A DNA stretch of 64,000 nucleotides, from NCBI RefSeq assembly GCF_963921235.1, contig NC_086097.1, forward strand, positions 88,166,001 to 88,230,000. Reading direction: 5' to 3'. This DNA is from Mobula hypostoma (Eukaryota). A model generated the notes under the pieces. It was not told the DNA's origin and ran no database searches. It saw nothing but the letters and a program-made list of their open reading frames with translations. Of this stretch, positions 1 to 11,689 are shown in pieces (within the stretch, counting starts at the first letter, position 1; every line of letters begins with the position of its first letter). The translations under genes and the position numbers were made by a program.

Positions 1-2729
1 AAAGCCTCTTAGGTTATTATGCTCATAGGAACTGTAAGTTGTGACAGATGCCAAGTTTCTGACACCACCTTATATCTTCTCATAGACCATAACCAGTCAC
101 AAGTGAACGTCAAGTCTCTGCCTCCAGGATAATTACAGATCTCCTCAAAATCAGATTTCCTTTCCATAGCCCCAACCTGATGGTGCCGCAACTTTTCACT
201 CTCTGCTTTCTTTCTCTTATTAAAACGATTCTTGATCTTTTTGGCTCTACAATGCTTCGAGGTAATTGTGAATTACTGCTGGATTAAAATAAAAGAGCCA
301 TTTTAAGTACTGTATATCATGGTATTGGAGTTGGAATTTACAAATTTCTCTAACTGTAAGTCAGGATTTTAGTTTATTGTATGGTGCTTGTTTTCTTGTA
401 TTTTAATTAAACAATCTACCAGGAATCTTATTTCTATTAAATACTGCTGCTGTGAGGAGAATGTTTGTATTTTGTGGCAGGGTCTGAAGGATAAGAGGTA
501 GTACAGTTGTTTGTTTTAGAGTTTTTATGGAGTTTAGTGCTTAGATGATCAAATGTTGGCTTCTTTTTCCTTTTCAAAAATCATTTTATCATTCCCAGCT
601 AAGTTCCTATCAGTAAAATGAGATCCATGAAATTGAACCATAATAAGTAGCCGATGCTGAGTTGTGCATTCTGACATTCCACACATTTGTCACAAAGGAA
701 ATGATGATGAACTCTTCAGCAGTGATACAGTTGTGTATCATGGGTAACCTTTTCAGGTGTTTGCTTTCTGTTGGCTGGAATAGTTTGACTACAGCTCCCT
801 GTTCTGAGCAATTGCTGCTATTAATGAGCTATGTGGCTAGCAAACCTCCATCATTTCAAGCAGTGTTCATTAACCACCAAAAGGACACTACCTGAGTGTT
901 TCCCCTTAGATTGCTCCTTCCCCGCTTTAGAAATAAATCCATTTGCACAGCCTGGTCACTCTTAGCTGAGCCTGGCTCAGTAGCAGCCAAGGATTAAAGT
1001 GATGTTTCTGGCTCAGAAGCAAATCAGAAAAATGCCAGAAGAAAATTGCTCTCTGCATGACAAAGCAGAACTTAAAACATTTTGCTGAAAAACAATATTT
1101 TATTTGCTCCCTTTCAATCTTTTTATACTGTTTGGTTATCTAGGAAACTTAAGGAATCACTGCTAATTCAATTGCTTCTGATGCTACATCTTAATAAAAC
1201 CCGTGGATGCAGGTCATATAGTCAAGGGATTTGTTTCTTCTGGGATTTTTTTGGGGTAATACTAAGTTCCTCACACTTCCTCCCCTGGGGGTCAAGTGTA
1301 ATGAAGAGAACAACCATTGTGTGTATTTTTAATTGCTCATAGCTGAAGAATGGATCTGGATTCCGAATTTAAATATCCCATTCTTGGATTTCTGCAGAAT
1401 ATGTTTAATACCCACGAATGACACAAGAAAATTGCACTTGGGCCATTTTTTAATTAAGCCAGCATAAATTAATAAAACCATGTGATAGAAGTAACCAATA
1501 TTTATGTGTAGGAAGATAAATGAAGCCAGGGTTAGGAACTAGACTAGGATAAAATGATGCAATTCAGTGGTTCTAGAGATAAGGGTTTGGGGAAAGGGCA
1601 GTGGGACAAATGCAGATTTCAAAACTGGGTTACTAACTACCCTGTTTTGGGGAATTGATAGAGAGATGAGTTGTGGGAAGGTGAAGCTGAGAGTGCTGTT
1701 AGAGGGGTGTGTAACTACAGCAAAGTAGAAGCTTTCTGTCACCAGTGGATACCACAATCATGAAAACAATCTACTCATTTGAAAACTGCTTGCCCTTTCA
1801 GAAAAGCATTGCATTTTGCTGACTACAGATGATCACAGTCATCTGTATAAAAACCCCTGGGATAACAAGAATGGTTGTTGAGCCTTAATATTTGCAAATG
1901 TCTTGCACCTGAATCTTTCAGGGCAAAATTCCATCCCATAATATCTAATTTAAATTCTTAATGACTTCTATTATTCTGTACATAAATCATCTTCACATGT
2001 AGATGTCCCAGCGTTATTCCATGCTAACCAGAACTGCAGTGTGCAAATTTCACTAACAGAAGACTTAAAGTTTCAATACTCCGTCTCCCGATGAGTTTCG
2101 GTGAATATCAAACGTAAGTTCTAAAGGCACAGAGGCCGAAGTGCTTCGGTATCTACCCAGGAGTTGTTGGTAACAATCACCAGTGATTCATTGTCAGACC
2201 AAAGTCTGGAAAGGAGACGTACAACGATAGCAAAGAGTGAACTAAATGTAGCAGTATATTAAAGCAACTGGAACAACCTATTTTTTTCTCTGATAGCCTG
2301 CCATCATGCGCAATGGTTCTTCGTAACAATTATCTGCCTGGTTTTACATCAGAAAACATATAATTAGTCTTCCAACAATTTTACTCATGAGAAAGGGAAT
2401 CCCCTGGTATGTGGGCGCCGAAATTGCCGTTGTCTTCGGGTGCAGAAATAGCTGCTAGCCCCCTAGCAATCGGAAATGCAAAAAAACACAAGCATTCACC
2501 CTGATCTGACACGCCAGGCCATGTGTTGTAAGTTTGTCTGCAGCCGTGAGGGAAGAAATAACATCCCCAAGCACGGTTTTACATTTTATTTGTAGAGAGC
2601 GTGGCTATGAAGTGGGGGGAGGGGCATCGCTGCAATAAACAGCGGTGACAGGAGAAATTAGTACTTCAGCGCAAATTGGGGGGGGGGGGGGAAGAATCTG
2701 TAGCTACCTTGTTTAAAAAAAAGCGTGTA

Positions 2730-3373
2730 CTGCTGAGTGTAAGGGGAATCGGCAGCGTCAGTGGGCGCTGCTGCAGCCGCAGCTCGTGGAGCTTGGGTGA
2801 AGGACTGAGTGAGTGGAGGCGGTACGCCCGGTCGATAGATAGATCCTCCTTCTCACTCTCAGCCACTGACTCACCTGCAGCCAGTCCCCGCTCTCCTGGA
2901 GAACCGAACACTCACACGTAGACAACCCATCTCATCCCACTCACTATCAACATGCTCACCACTGCCTGATTCTCCTGCCGTCGGCGCTGTAGAAGGGGAA
3001 GGAAAAGTCACATCTCGGTTGCTAAGGTACGATATAGGCCAAGCGATGTAAGTGTGCGCGCATGCATTTTATATATTACAAAATGCGTATTATTTGTAAC
3101 TTCTCCGAGCATCATGACATAATTTGCATAAGGGTCGCTATTTATGGATAATGATTGGATGCTTTATTTTTGGTTTGGGAGATAATTATTTGTCTTTTCT
3201 TCTCCACCATTCCATGCGAAGAGTTAAAAATAGTTTGCAGTCAGTGAGCACTAGGTTGGAGTTCGGGGACAGCTCGGTTGGTGGGATGTATGTACAAAGC
3301 AGGCGACAATAAGACTCAGCGTCAGTCAGAGTGGGCACAGTCTGCCTTGGGTACAAGGGTCATCCGCGTTGAG
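2730..3373 (+). other. Candidate non-coding first exon(s) of rgs6, with donors at 2809 (TGA|GTGAGT) and 3374 (GAG|GTAAAG)
   Basis: Two + strand donor sites lie upstream of the 3459 acceptor inside the CpG-rich region. Start positions are not defined. Confidence 0.35.
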
Positions 3374-3480
3374 GTAAAGCGGACGATCAGTAATTCAACG
3401 GATTGGTTGTGTATGTCTGTCTGGACAGTGTCACCTATTCCCTTTATTCCTGTTTGTAGAGTTCGGCTAACCGTCCCGGG

Positions 3481-3564
3481 ATGGCTCAAGGCTCCTCTGA
3501 GGAAATTGTTGCCGGGGGTAGTGAGCCCGAGGAAACTTCCCCCAATATGCTCGTATACCGAAAG
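3481..3564 (+). CDS. rgs6: First coding exon of regulator of G-protein signalling 6 (R7 family); exon 3460-3564, 84 coding nt, phase-0 donor
   Basis: Acceptor ccctttattcctgtttgtAG ends at 3459, then 21 nt of UTR and ATG at 3481. Translation is MAQGSSEEIVAGGSEPEETSPNMLVYRK, followed by AAG|GTAGGC. It resembles the RGS6 N-terminus as I recall it ([28 protein letters not shown], 28 aa). The paralog RGS7 shares SPNMLVYRK but is shorter and lacks the PEE motif. Not listed in the ORF track in this frame. Confidence 0.85.
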
Positions 3565-5560
3565 GTAGGCACGCTGACTTCCTTGCTCTTCGGGATTTTT
3601 TTTCTTCCTTACTGACGGGATGTTTATTTTTATGTAGAGAAGTTGATTTCTGTGAAATATACCATGTGGATTTGTTAACTTTGGCTTAACAACTATGATG
3701 ATAATTAACGCCTTACGCTACTGGGGGTTGAGAGAAACTTCTGTTTTGCACGGCATACACCACAAATCATAACGCAGCTCTAGTATTTGGCGTCGCGCTC
3801 AGTTATCTCAGTGGACTTGAAACAGTCTTACCTGTACTGTTAGGAGAACGGTAAATTCTCCTCGTATTCTAGCCCACCGGGCCGCACTGAACAAAAAAAC
3901 CACGTCTTCCCGCAAGCCGACAAGGGAAAGGGCGGGGAGGTAGGGAGGTGTGTTTACCCACTCGGAAACGGTACAACGTGGTAGCTAGGTCGCTGTGCAA
4001 ATTCAAATATATATTGTATTGGTCGTCAAACAATTAGAGTGTTTGTTCTCCCAGGAAAAAGGTCAAGTTGTTTACCTGGAGAAAATCTAAACGCTATTAA
4101 CCTGCCAGAGCACCGCTCATGAGGCGTACGATTCACTATCTCGACATCAGTCCTTGGCTTCGGGAGAAATTTCAGTGTCGTTAACGCTTAAAATCACCGT
4201 GTTTAGTTTGGTTTCTCTGCTTAGTGACACTTTTTCAATAATTATTTTCTGCCTGGTTCCTAATGTGAGTGGGTGGTGGTGCGGGGTTTGATGGTATGGG
4301 CTGGGGGAGGATGTTGTTAAAGTTGCTGCTTCTTTGACAATGATAAACGCGCCTTACCTTTGAAACAATCTTTCTGGCTGGGGCCAGAGGCTGAAAGAGA
4401 GTAAAATTTGAAAGACCCTTTAGACACCTCTTGCTGATGTCTGGTGCTGGCCACCAAAGCACACTTTGAGGGAGCAGGCACATAATACTGCATACCCGAC
4501 AGAGGGAAAACTCTTCGGAGGATTCTGGTTAACCAGAAATACACTTGTCCTGTGGGATATTACACAGGTGACCAATTTATAAAATTTACATTCTTAATGC
4601 AGTTTAAAAAATCTGATCCTGTAGAAGTTGTGGGGAAAAAAGAGCTTCATGCTTAAAGATAGTTGAACTCTTCAGAGACCTTTGTACATGTAAAATCTAT
4701 TGATCTATATGAATTTAAATTAATATGTTCAGAGATTGGGTTACTGTAGCTGAGAATTGTGAATTTCTTAATGAAGTCTTCTGTGGAATCTAATTACAAA
4801 TACAGTAATAGATCAACAGATCCACTGGCAATGGTTAGATCTTTAATGAACATTGACACTTCCTAGCAAAGCAATCAATTCATGTTCATGAGTAGCAGCT
4901 TCAGTAGTATTGATAATGGTAAAAACTGACAGCTGTGCAAAAGTGTAGTTGTGTTTTGAATGACCCACTGCCTCATGTTCCCAGTGTCAGAACTTGCAAC
5001 ACTCAGTTCTCCTGTAATCCTAGCATTGCCTGTTAGGGTGTAGCCATTTGTAGGAACCATGCAAGTTGGCCGCTGGACTTGCTGGTTTGTGGTTAAATGA
5101 GGAAAGTGAAGCTGCTCGGATGGAATGTGTTTGGCAGGTTCTGTAAAATCGTTAATGGCAGAAAATGCCTGCTAATGGCTGTCAGCTCTTCACTGCTTTT
5201 TTTCGAGTGGTTGAATAATGCTTTTATCATATGGACGGCTGGCTGAGTATGTACTTCCTAATGCAACATCAGGTGATACTGCATCCAGTTTTCTTTCTGA
5301 ACATTTATTTCTCACACTTTATTTATATAATCACTTCAATGTTATCCTTGTCAGGTTTGCCAAAACCAACTGCATTTCTAAAGTGCCCTTTAATGTAGAA
5401 AAGTACCAGAATTCTTCAGATGTATAAATAAATAGGATAATAGGTCAGCCATGCTGGAATTATGGAGCAAGCTCAATGGGCCGAATGGGCGAATGCTGCT
5501 TCTATGTCTTAGAGTCCCATGGGCTAAAACTTGACTCTCCTTCCTTTAGAAGAAAATATT

Positions 5561-6927
5561 GGATTCTGGTTAATTGGGGCACATTGGGACCTGTGCATTT
5601 TGGCCCATTTAATCAGCTGCCTTAATTAGCCAAAATTTCATGGAACTATTAAAAAGGTATAAAACAAAAAAGACATACTACTATTTAACTGAATAACAAA
5701 TTATGTATTTAAATGAAATACAGAACAAATCAGAACACTACCAAAACTGCTGAGGCCTCTGTCACTCAGTGTTGACCGTGGGTATTTTCTCCTAGCTATC
5801 TAGATACATAAGCCACGGCAGTAGGATATGAAGAGCAAGCTGTTGCCCATGTACCAAGCTCTCCCTCTTCACACATCTGATGAACCCAAAGGAACAGCAG
5901 AGACTGATAAAGTTTGGTACCAGTAGCATCTCAGGAGTTGCCAGTCAGCATTGAACTCAATATAGGACTGCCTTAGCAAATCCAGCTCCAGACTTTTCCC
6001 TTGGGGTTTACTCACAAAGCCCTCCCCATGAGTGGGTATAGCCACAAGGCGATGGAGGTCTGAGATCAGAGTTTTCCTTCTCCTAAGCTGCCAACCATGG
6101 CTGGCTTTAAGGTGCCAGTAACCTGCCTTTGCCCCTTCTCTTGTTAGTAGGAACAGTTCTGCCGGGCTTAGTAGTTAAGCCACACATGAAGGTCAGGAGC
6201 TAGACTTAGTTGTCAGAGGCTACTTGAAGCGCAAGCATTTGGGAGCACTTAATAGTAGTGGGAGCTTGTCCCACTACCACCCTGGCTCTAGCAAACTTAA
6301 GGAACCAAAACTACTAACAGTATATGAAACTGTGTATCAGTTCCAACAGTTATCAATGGAAGGATTCATCCAGTGTATGTAGTGAACAAAATCAGCATAG
6401 ACACCTGGTGCAGATAATGGACTGTCTTCATACAATGCTATTGATGATGGAACCCTCCAAATTCAAGTTGATTGTTGATACCTTCAAATTTTTTGTAGTT
6501 CCTAACTTATTGAAGTAGTGAAATTGTTTCATTTTCACTCCTGGCTGTTTCTGGCATCTCCAAGACTGAATGTTTGAAACTGCACTCGAGAGAGCAAAAC
6601 AATTCAAAATTGTCTTGTGGCTTATTTCTTGCTAAGATTCAGTGACAGAAATCACTTCTTTTTCAACACAAACACACACAACTGACGCTATTTGAAAACT
6701 GTTCATTCTAAGCATGGTATAGTGTCTAATGGCCACACAAGTGTGTGTAATGGATGCTATTTAGAACCTGTTCAGCAACAGAATCCTGTACCAATTAAGC
6801 AGCATAGTGTCCTAAATAAATGAAGGGAATCCTGGCAATTTTATCGATTAGTTTTTGTTCTTTCAGAGTTGTCCCAAATAAATGGCTTCCCTGATTAACC
6901 AATGACCCAGTTTACTGGAATCCACTG
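5561..6927. mobile_element. Tigger/pogo-like non-autonomous DNA transposon, interrupted by an insert
   Basis: Left end ggattctggttaattgggg and right end cccagtttactggaatccactg|TA are imperfect inverted repeats. The same end (ta cagtggattctggttaatt) recurs at ~38435. Confidence 0.55.
5752..6303 (-). mobile_element. Non-coding retroelement insert resembling an RTE-clade 5' region
   Basis: Flanked by a probable TSD, accaaaactgct (5740-5751) and accaaaactact (6304-6315). Contains a gagttttccttctcctaag motif that I associate with RTE-type 5'UTRs. Family assignment is tentative. Confidence 0.45.
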
Positions 6928-7529
6928 TATGTGCAAAGCATTTCAGCATTCTTTTTTGAAGTAGGTATCTCTCCATTTGAGTGTTTTAGAACCTGTAAGC
7001 TGTAACCTTAAATCATTGAAATATTCATTAAGCAATTCATTTCTTCTTGCCTTTTGTCACCATGGGGTTGAAATTGCTCGTTAAATTTGAGAGTAATATA
7101 GATAATAGATGCTAATTTTGCAGTAATGGTCTAATATGAACTATTCTTTTAGAATGACTGGCAGTTAGTAACACTGGGGGATTGTCCAATGATTAGAATG
7201 TGGAAGGCAATAGGAGCAGAATATTTCACTGCCACAGGTATTGTTCAGCACCAACTCCTGAATTATGCCATTCTTGATGAGACAATTATTCAATCACCCC
7301 TGAAAGTTTATTTTGCTGGGAGCAGTCAGTTTGTGGAGACTGATTCCATGTGAATTTATGTTGCAAACATTTCTGTTGATTTTGTCCTGAAGATATCGGA
7401 GTCACTGATGATGCCTGCATTTATTGTCAAGTAACTTTAAATGGCATCATTCCAATAGCCTACTTCAAAAGGCTCATGGGCATGTGTAGATCTTGATGAT
7501 ACTTATTCCTATTTTCATAGTCATAAGCG

Positions 7530-7715
7530 TTAGAATCATACAACACCTGGAAGAAGATCCTTTGGACCACTTGTCAGTGCCAACCATTAAGCACCCCATT
7601 ACACTAATCCTAAATCATTTTATTATCTCCACATTCCCATCAACTCTGCCAGACTCTCCGACTCACCTGCACAGTCGGAACAATTTACAATGGCCAGCTA
7701 AACTGCCAACTGGTT
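7530..7715 (-). mobile_element. SINE 3' fragment (HE1/V-SINE-like)
   Basis: aacaatttacaatggccagctaaac core plus a LINE-like tail in reverse orientation. Confidence 0.4.
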
Positions 7716-7729
7716 GTTTTATGAAGAAA

Positions 7730-8990
7730 ATTTGAGTGAATTGGGGATTTTTTCCTTGAAGCAAAGAAGGATGAGAGATGTTTTCATAGAGGTATTTTTT
7801 TTTTGAAAGAGGTGTACAGTGTAAGGTATAAAAGGCACAGATAGAGTGGACAGCCAGTGCTTTTTTTGTTCCCAGGGCAGGAAAGGTTAACACCAGAGGA
7901 GATCCTTTTAAGATGAGTGGATGAAAATTTAGGGGAGATGTCAGACGTTCAAATTCATTTATTATTCAACTATACATGATTGCCTATTAATACAGCCAAA
8001 CTAAACAGTGTTCCTCTGGGGCCAAGGTGCAAAACAGAGCACCAACAGTCATACACAGCACAAGGCACATATAAGATAGCAGTAAACATACAGTCACATT
8101 AAAAAAAAAATATATATAGCCCAATTCCCGGAGTGACATGGCTTGCAGATTGATGGTGCCAGCAGCGTCGCAGGAGTTGCTAGTCAGCAGGTGATTGTCA
8201 GCAAGAACAAATCCTCAGCTGTCTGCAGATGAACCCATGCAATCCACCCTCTTTCCCACCGAACGAGCATGGGGTGGGGGAGCACTGACAGGAGGGGCCT
8301 GTCCCTAATCCAGCATGGATGCCGTGCTACCGTGCCTTTGATATTTCCTCTCCTGGGCGGCTACAGCAGTTGAGTCTGCAGCATGTGGCTTAGTCCATGC
8401 TACAAATGAGACCATGCAGCTACCCTGCCATCGGACTTGTTGATAAATCAGTGAACCAGATTGGCAGCATTCTACGTTACCAATATCTAATAGGGTCTTA
8501 TAATTGCAAGAAAAATGTCCAAGACAATTGCTGGTTGTTAGATTGCACACCGCCTTTGTGCACCGACTCTGACACTTTTCTACAGTAGGCAGATCCATAA
8601 CTTACACAACATCCAGCTCCCCTGCTATCGAGCAACTTGTTGATGAGGTAGACCCACTGGACCTGAAGTTCTTAATGTCCAGCAGTGTCTTATGTTCATT
8701 AAAAAAAAGTTTAAAAAAAAACCTACGGTTGGCCCTGGAGTGGTTGCTGCTCCCCAAGCACACTGTCAGATTATTTTTACGCAGAGATGGCACTGCCAGG
8801 AGTTGGTGGTAGAGGCTGATTCATTAGGGATATATAAAAGTCTCTATAGCTCATGGATAAAGAGAGAAGTGGTGGATTATGGGCTGTGTAGGAGGAAAAT
8901 ATTCAGATTGACAGTGGAGTAGGTTGAAAAGGTGGCACGACATTGTTAGGATATGGGAGGTTAGCAGAGCTCCTAAACTTACTGTCCTGC
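7730..8990 (+). mobile_element. CR1 LINE 3' fragment split by an insertion at 7946-8763
   Basis: CR1 RT C-terminal remnants (gagtgaattgggga..ttccttgaagcaaagaagg; gggagatgtcaga) resume at 8771 (ttatttttacgcagaga). Confidence 0.6.
7946..8763 (-). mobile_element. Non-autonomous retroelement inserted into CR1
   Basis: TSD tgtcaga at 7939-7945 and 8764-8770. The minus strand ends in aataaatgaatttgaa. No RT ORF. Confidence 0.55.
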
Positions 8991-9189
8991 ATGAGCTTAT
9001 TGGATAGTGATTGGCATTTGGAGTCCTGGTCAGTTTTCTTCCTTCCCTCTAACCTAGGAATATTATATTCATTGGGGTGTTTGTACTGTCACTCTGGCTG
9101 ACATCACAACAGAGGATGATGCTGAAATCGGGATTCTTATCATTATAGTTCCTCTTTAATTGCCCTAAAATGTCAGCAGTTGGTGTGTT

Positions 9190-10215
9190 AATTATCTTCT
9201 ACAGATAGCAGACAGAAAAATAAACAAACCTCTCAAACCCCAAAATCCCCCACTCCCACAGAAAAAAGTGACATTTACAATCCCTGACCACCCCCACTCA
9301 CAGAAGTAAAACAGTGACAAAGTCAACAAATCCCCAACCACTCCCCTGCAAGAAAAAACTGCAACTATAACGATCCCCAACCCCCTCACTTGCAAAAAAG
9401 AACAGTGAGAGTAACATCAAAACCTTCAACACCCCCATACGCAAAGAACTAACAGATCACCCACCCGCCAATCAGCCACAAGAAAGAAAATATCAAAAAA
9501 ACTGAAGGAGACCAATATAAAGTACAGTCTAATATTCACATAAATCTCAGATCAAACAGTCCTTCCATGGCTCAGAAATCACATTGGTCTGAATGGTGGC
9601 CTCCACTGAGAGCGATTGCTAGTCCCCACTACATTCACATCGGTTGTCTCCGTCGGGAGCAACTGCTGACTGGGTCCAAACACCACTGACCTGGTGACCT
9701 TCGTGGGTAGCAACTGCTGCCCGGGTCCGAAGGGCACTGACCTGGTGACCTTCGTGGGTAGCAACTGCTGACCGGGTCTGAAGGGCACTGACCTGATGAC
9801 CTTCGTGGGTAGTAACTGCTGACCGGGTCCGAAGGGCACTGACCTGGTGATCTCCGTAGGGAGCAATCACTGACCCCCTCGGTATTCACCTCACTTCTTC
9901 ATTCTTCCTTGCCACTTTGAGATGGAGTCATTTGTGACCCTGCGTTCCGTCCCTGGTCTTCTCCATGAGTCATCGTGTGTTCTTGGTCCTTTTTGGGTCT
10001 TCGTCTCTGATCTCCACGAGGCAGCTCTCTGGATCAGCAGAGTTCTAGATCACGCGATCAATACCAAATTGCAACTCACAGGCTGCAACAGTTTCTGTAA
10101 TGCAGACAAGATAAAAAGAACAGGAAGGAGGGTTGGAAAAAGTGAAATAATTTAAATGACATGCTATCTGGAGGATATCGCTGAGGAATCATTGTTTGCT
10201 GGTGCCTTCTTGACT
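9190..10215 (-). mobile_element. Probable non-autonomous retroelement containing a minisatellite
   Basis: The minus strand starts with a caagaaggcacc (caagatggcgcc-like) end and has a G/T-rich tail. No domain recognised. Confidence 0.35.
9658..9861. repeat. 51-bp minisatellite, 4 tandem copies
   Basis: Units start at 9658, 9709, 9760 and 9811. Consensus agcaactgctgaccgggtccgaagggcactgacctggtgaccttcgtgggt. Confidence 0.95.
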
Positions 10216-10727
10216 GGTACTTTGAATAGTACATGTGTATCTTTTTTTTAGGATTGAACTACTCTCTTATTTATAACTGTTGTTGTAACAGATGAACCTT
10301 ATAATCAAATGAAAGGCTAGTAGAGGGATAATAGTTGTTATTGGTGATGATAGTTTGCATGGAGCTAGATTGCATCCTGGTGTTCACAAGGAAACTGAGT
10401 AAGTATTTTGGAAGAGAAATAAACTTGCAGGGGTATGGGAAAAGAGCAAAAAAATTGGGTTTCCATGCACTCATTGGGCTGAATTAATATTGTAGCTTCC
10501 AAGTGCAAAAGAATAACTGTACTATTTTATTTTAGGAGAAGGGTATAACTATTATTTTCCCCATATTCTGACCTCTTTATATTTCACTACTTTCTTTAGC
10601 AAGGACAGGGGTGAGGTCTCTGTTGACTTTATCATAAATCATAAGCTTTCAGCTTTTATAGCAAAATACTTGAATTTTTGTTTCTGTCAGATCAGCCAAA
10701 TGTTTTCACATGAATGAATGATTTTGG

Positions 10728-11330
10728 TTCAAAGTTTAAAGTAAATTTAGTATCGGAGTTTTTAAACTATATACAGACTTGAGATTCGTCACCTTACAAG
10801 CAGGCACAAAATAAAGAAACCCAATTTACCATTTTTAAAAAAAAGATTGTTAAACACCCAATGTGCAGGAAAAAGATTGTGCAAACAATAAAAGTAAGTA
10901 AATATCATTCAGAACTGAAATTCATGAAAGTGAGTCCACAGCCACGAAACCAGTCATCAGTGCAGGTGATTCAGGACCCTGTTCTTTGCAGGCCACATCC
11001 TCTGTTCAGAGCAGAGATGGGTAAACCTTCTGGAGCAGTGAGCTGAACACGAGCCCGTCCCTCTTCTTCGGCCCAAACACCCTGACCTTTCCAGTCTTAA
11101 ATCTGCCAAACTTTGGGTCATTCCTGGCTCTTGGAACCGGGCCCTTCCACTCCAATATGCTCTTGGACCTGGGCCCAGCTGCCTCAATTTAGCCTGAACC
11201 TAACCTTTCCAATTTGGCCTGGCACTTAAATCAGTCAGTCCTCAGGTTCTTCCTTGCTCTTGGACCAGGGCTCGGCCACTTCAATATGTTCTTGGACCTG
11301 GACCCTGCAGCCTGATTCAGCCTGTAGTGA
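10728..11330 (-). mobile_element. Non-autonomous element: Rex1/Babar-type 3'UTR joined to a non-coding body with an internal ~120-130 bp dimer
   Basis: Shares the ttcaaagtaaattt..aaagtgagtcc tail with 22115, 34163 and 55365. Segments 11080-11197 and 11198-11325 are diverged copies. Confidence 0.55.
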
Positions 11331-11689
11331 ATGTTGTGCAGACAAATCCAGCAGGCTCTAACATCCCATAAACAGCGATAAAATGAGGATTGATTTATCT
11401 GTCATCTTTATATTTAGTGTTAGATAAAAGAGTATTTGCAAGGACACAGATACCCTCCCTATCAATAATTACAAACAAATCTAATGTGAGCTAAAGAATC
11501 TCTGTCCACCCATGCATGTTTGGACCATCATATTACAGACCTGTGCACATGTCCTTTCCAGTTGGCCAAACTTAAATTTCTGTGATTTGGATTTGCCAGA
11601 AGCAGCTTGCTTTTCTTTGAATTGTGTGTGGTCATCCTTAACATCAACCTGAGCCATCAGAATACACTGAAACCACAACGCTGTTGTTA

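Larger units (their letters stand above)
2400..4200. promoter_or_regulatory. CpG-rich promoter region around the rgs6 5' end
   Basis: CpG is visibly more frequent than in the flanks. Motifs: RFX/X-box-like gttgctaaggtac (3018-3030), NRF1-like tgcgcgcatgca (3055-3066), octamer atttgcat (3122-3129), inverted CCAAT (3154-3158), GC box gggcgggg (~3930-3937). Confidence 0.7.

Noticed and set aside
9..191. 60-aa minus-strand ORF as a protein-coding exon
   Set aside because: No recognisable similarity; at most a UTR or lncRNA exon.
701..807. C/D-box snoRNA candidate (atgatga ... ctga)
   Set aside because: No terminal stem and no recognisable guide sequence; such boxes arise by chance.
3278..3568. 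96-aa ORF-track entry overlapping the rgs6 exon
   Set aside because: Different frame from the RGS6-like peptide, and it runs through the acceptor's pyrimidine tract.
9658..9861. CRISPR-like array
   Set aside because: Units are contiguous with no unique spacers, there are no cas genes, and the context is eukaryotic.
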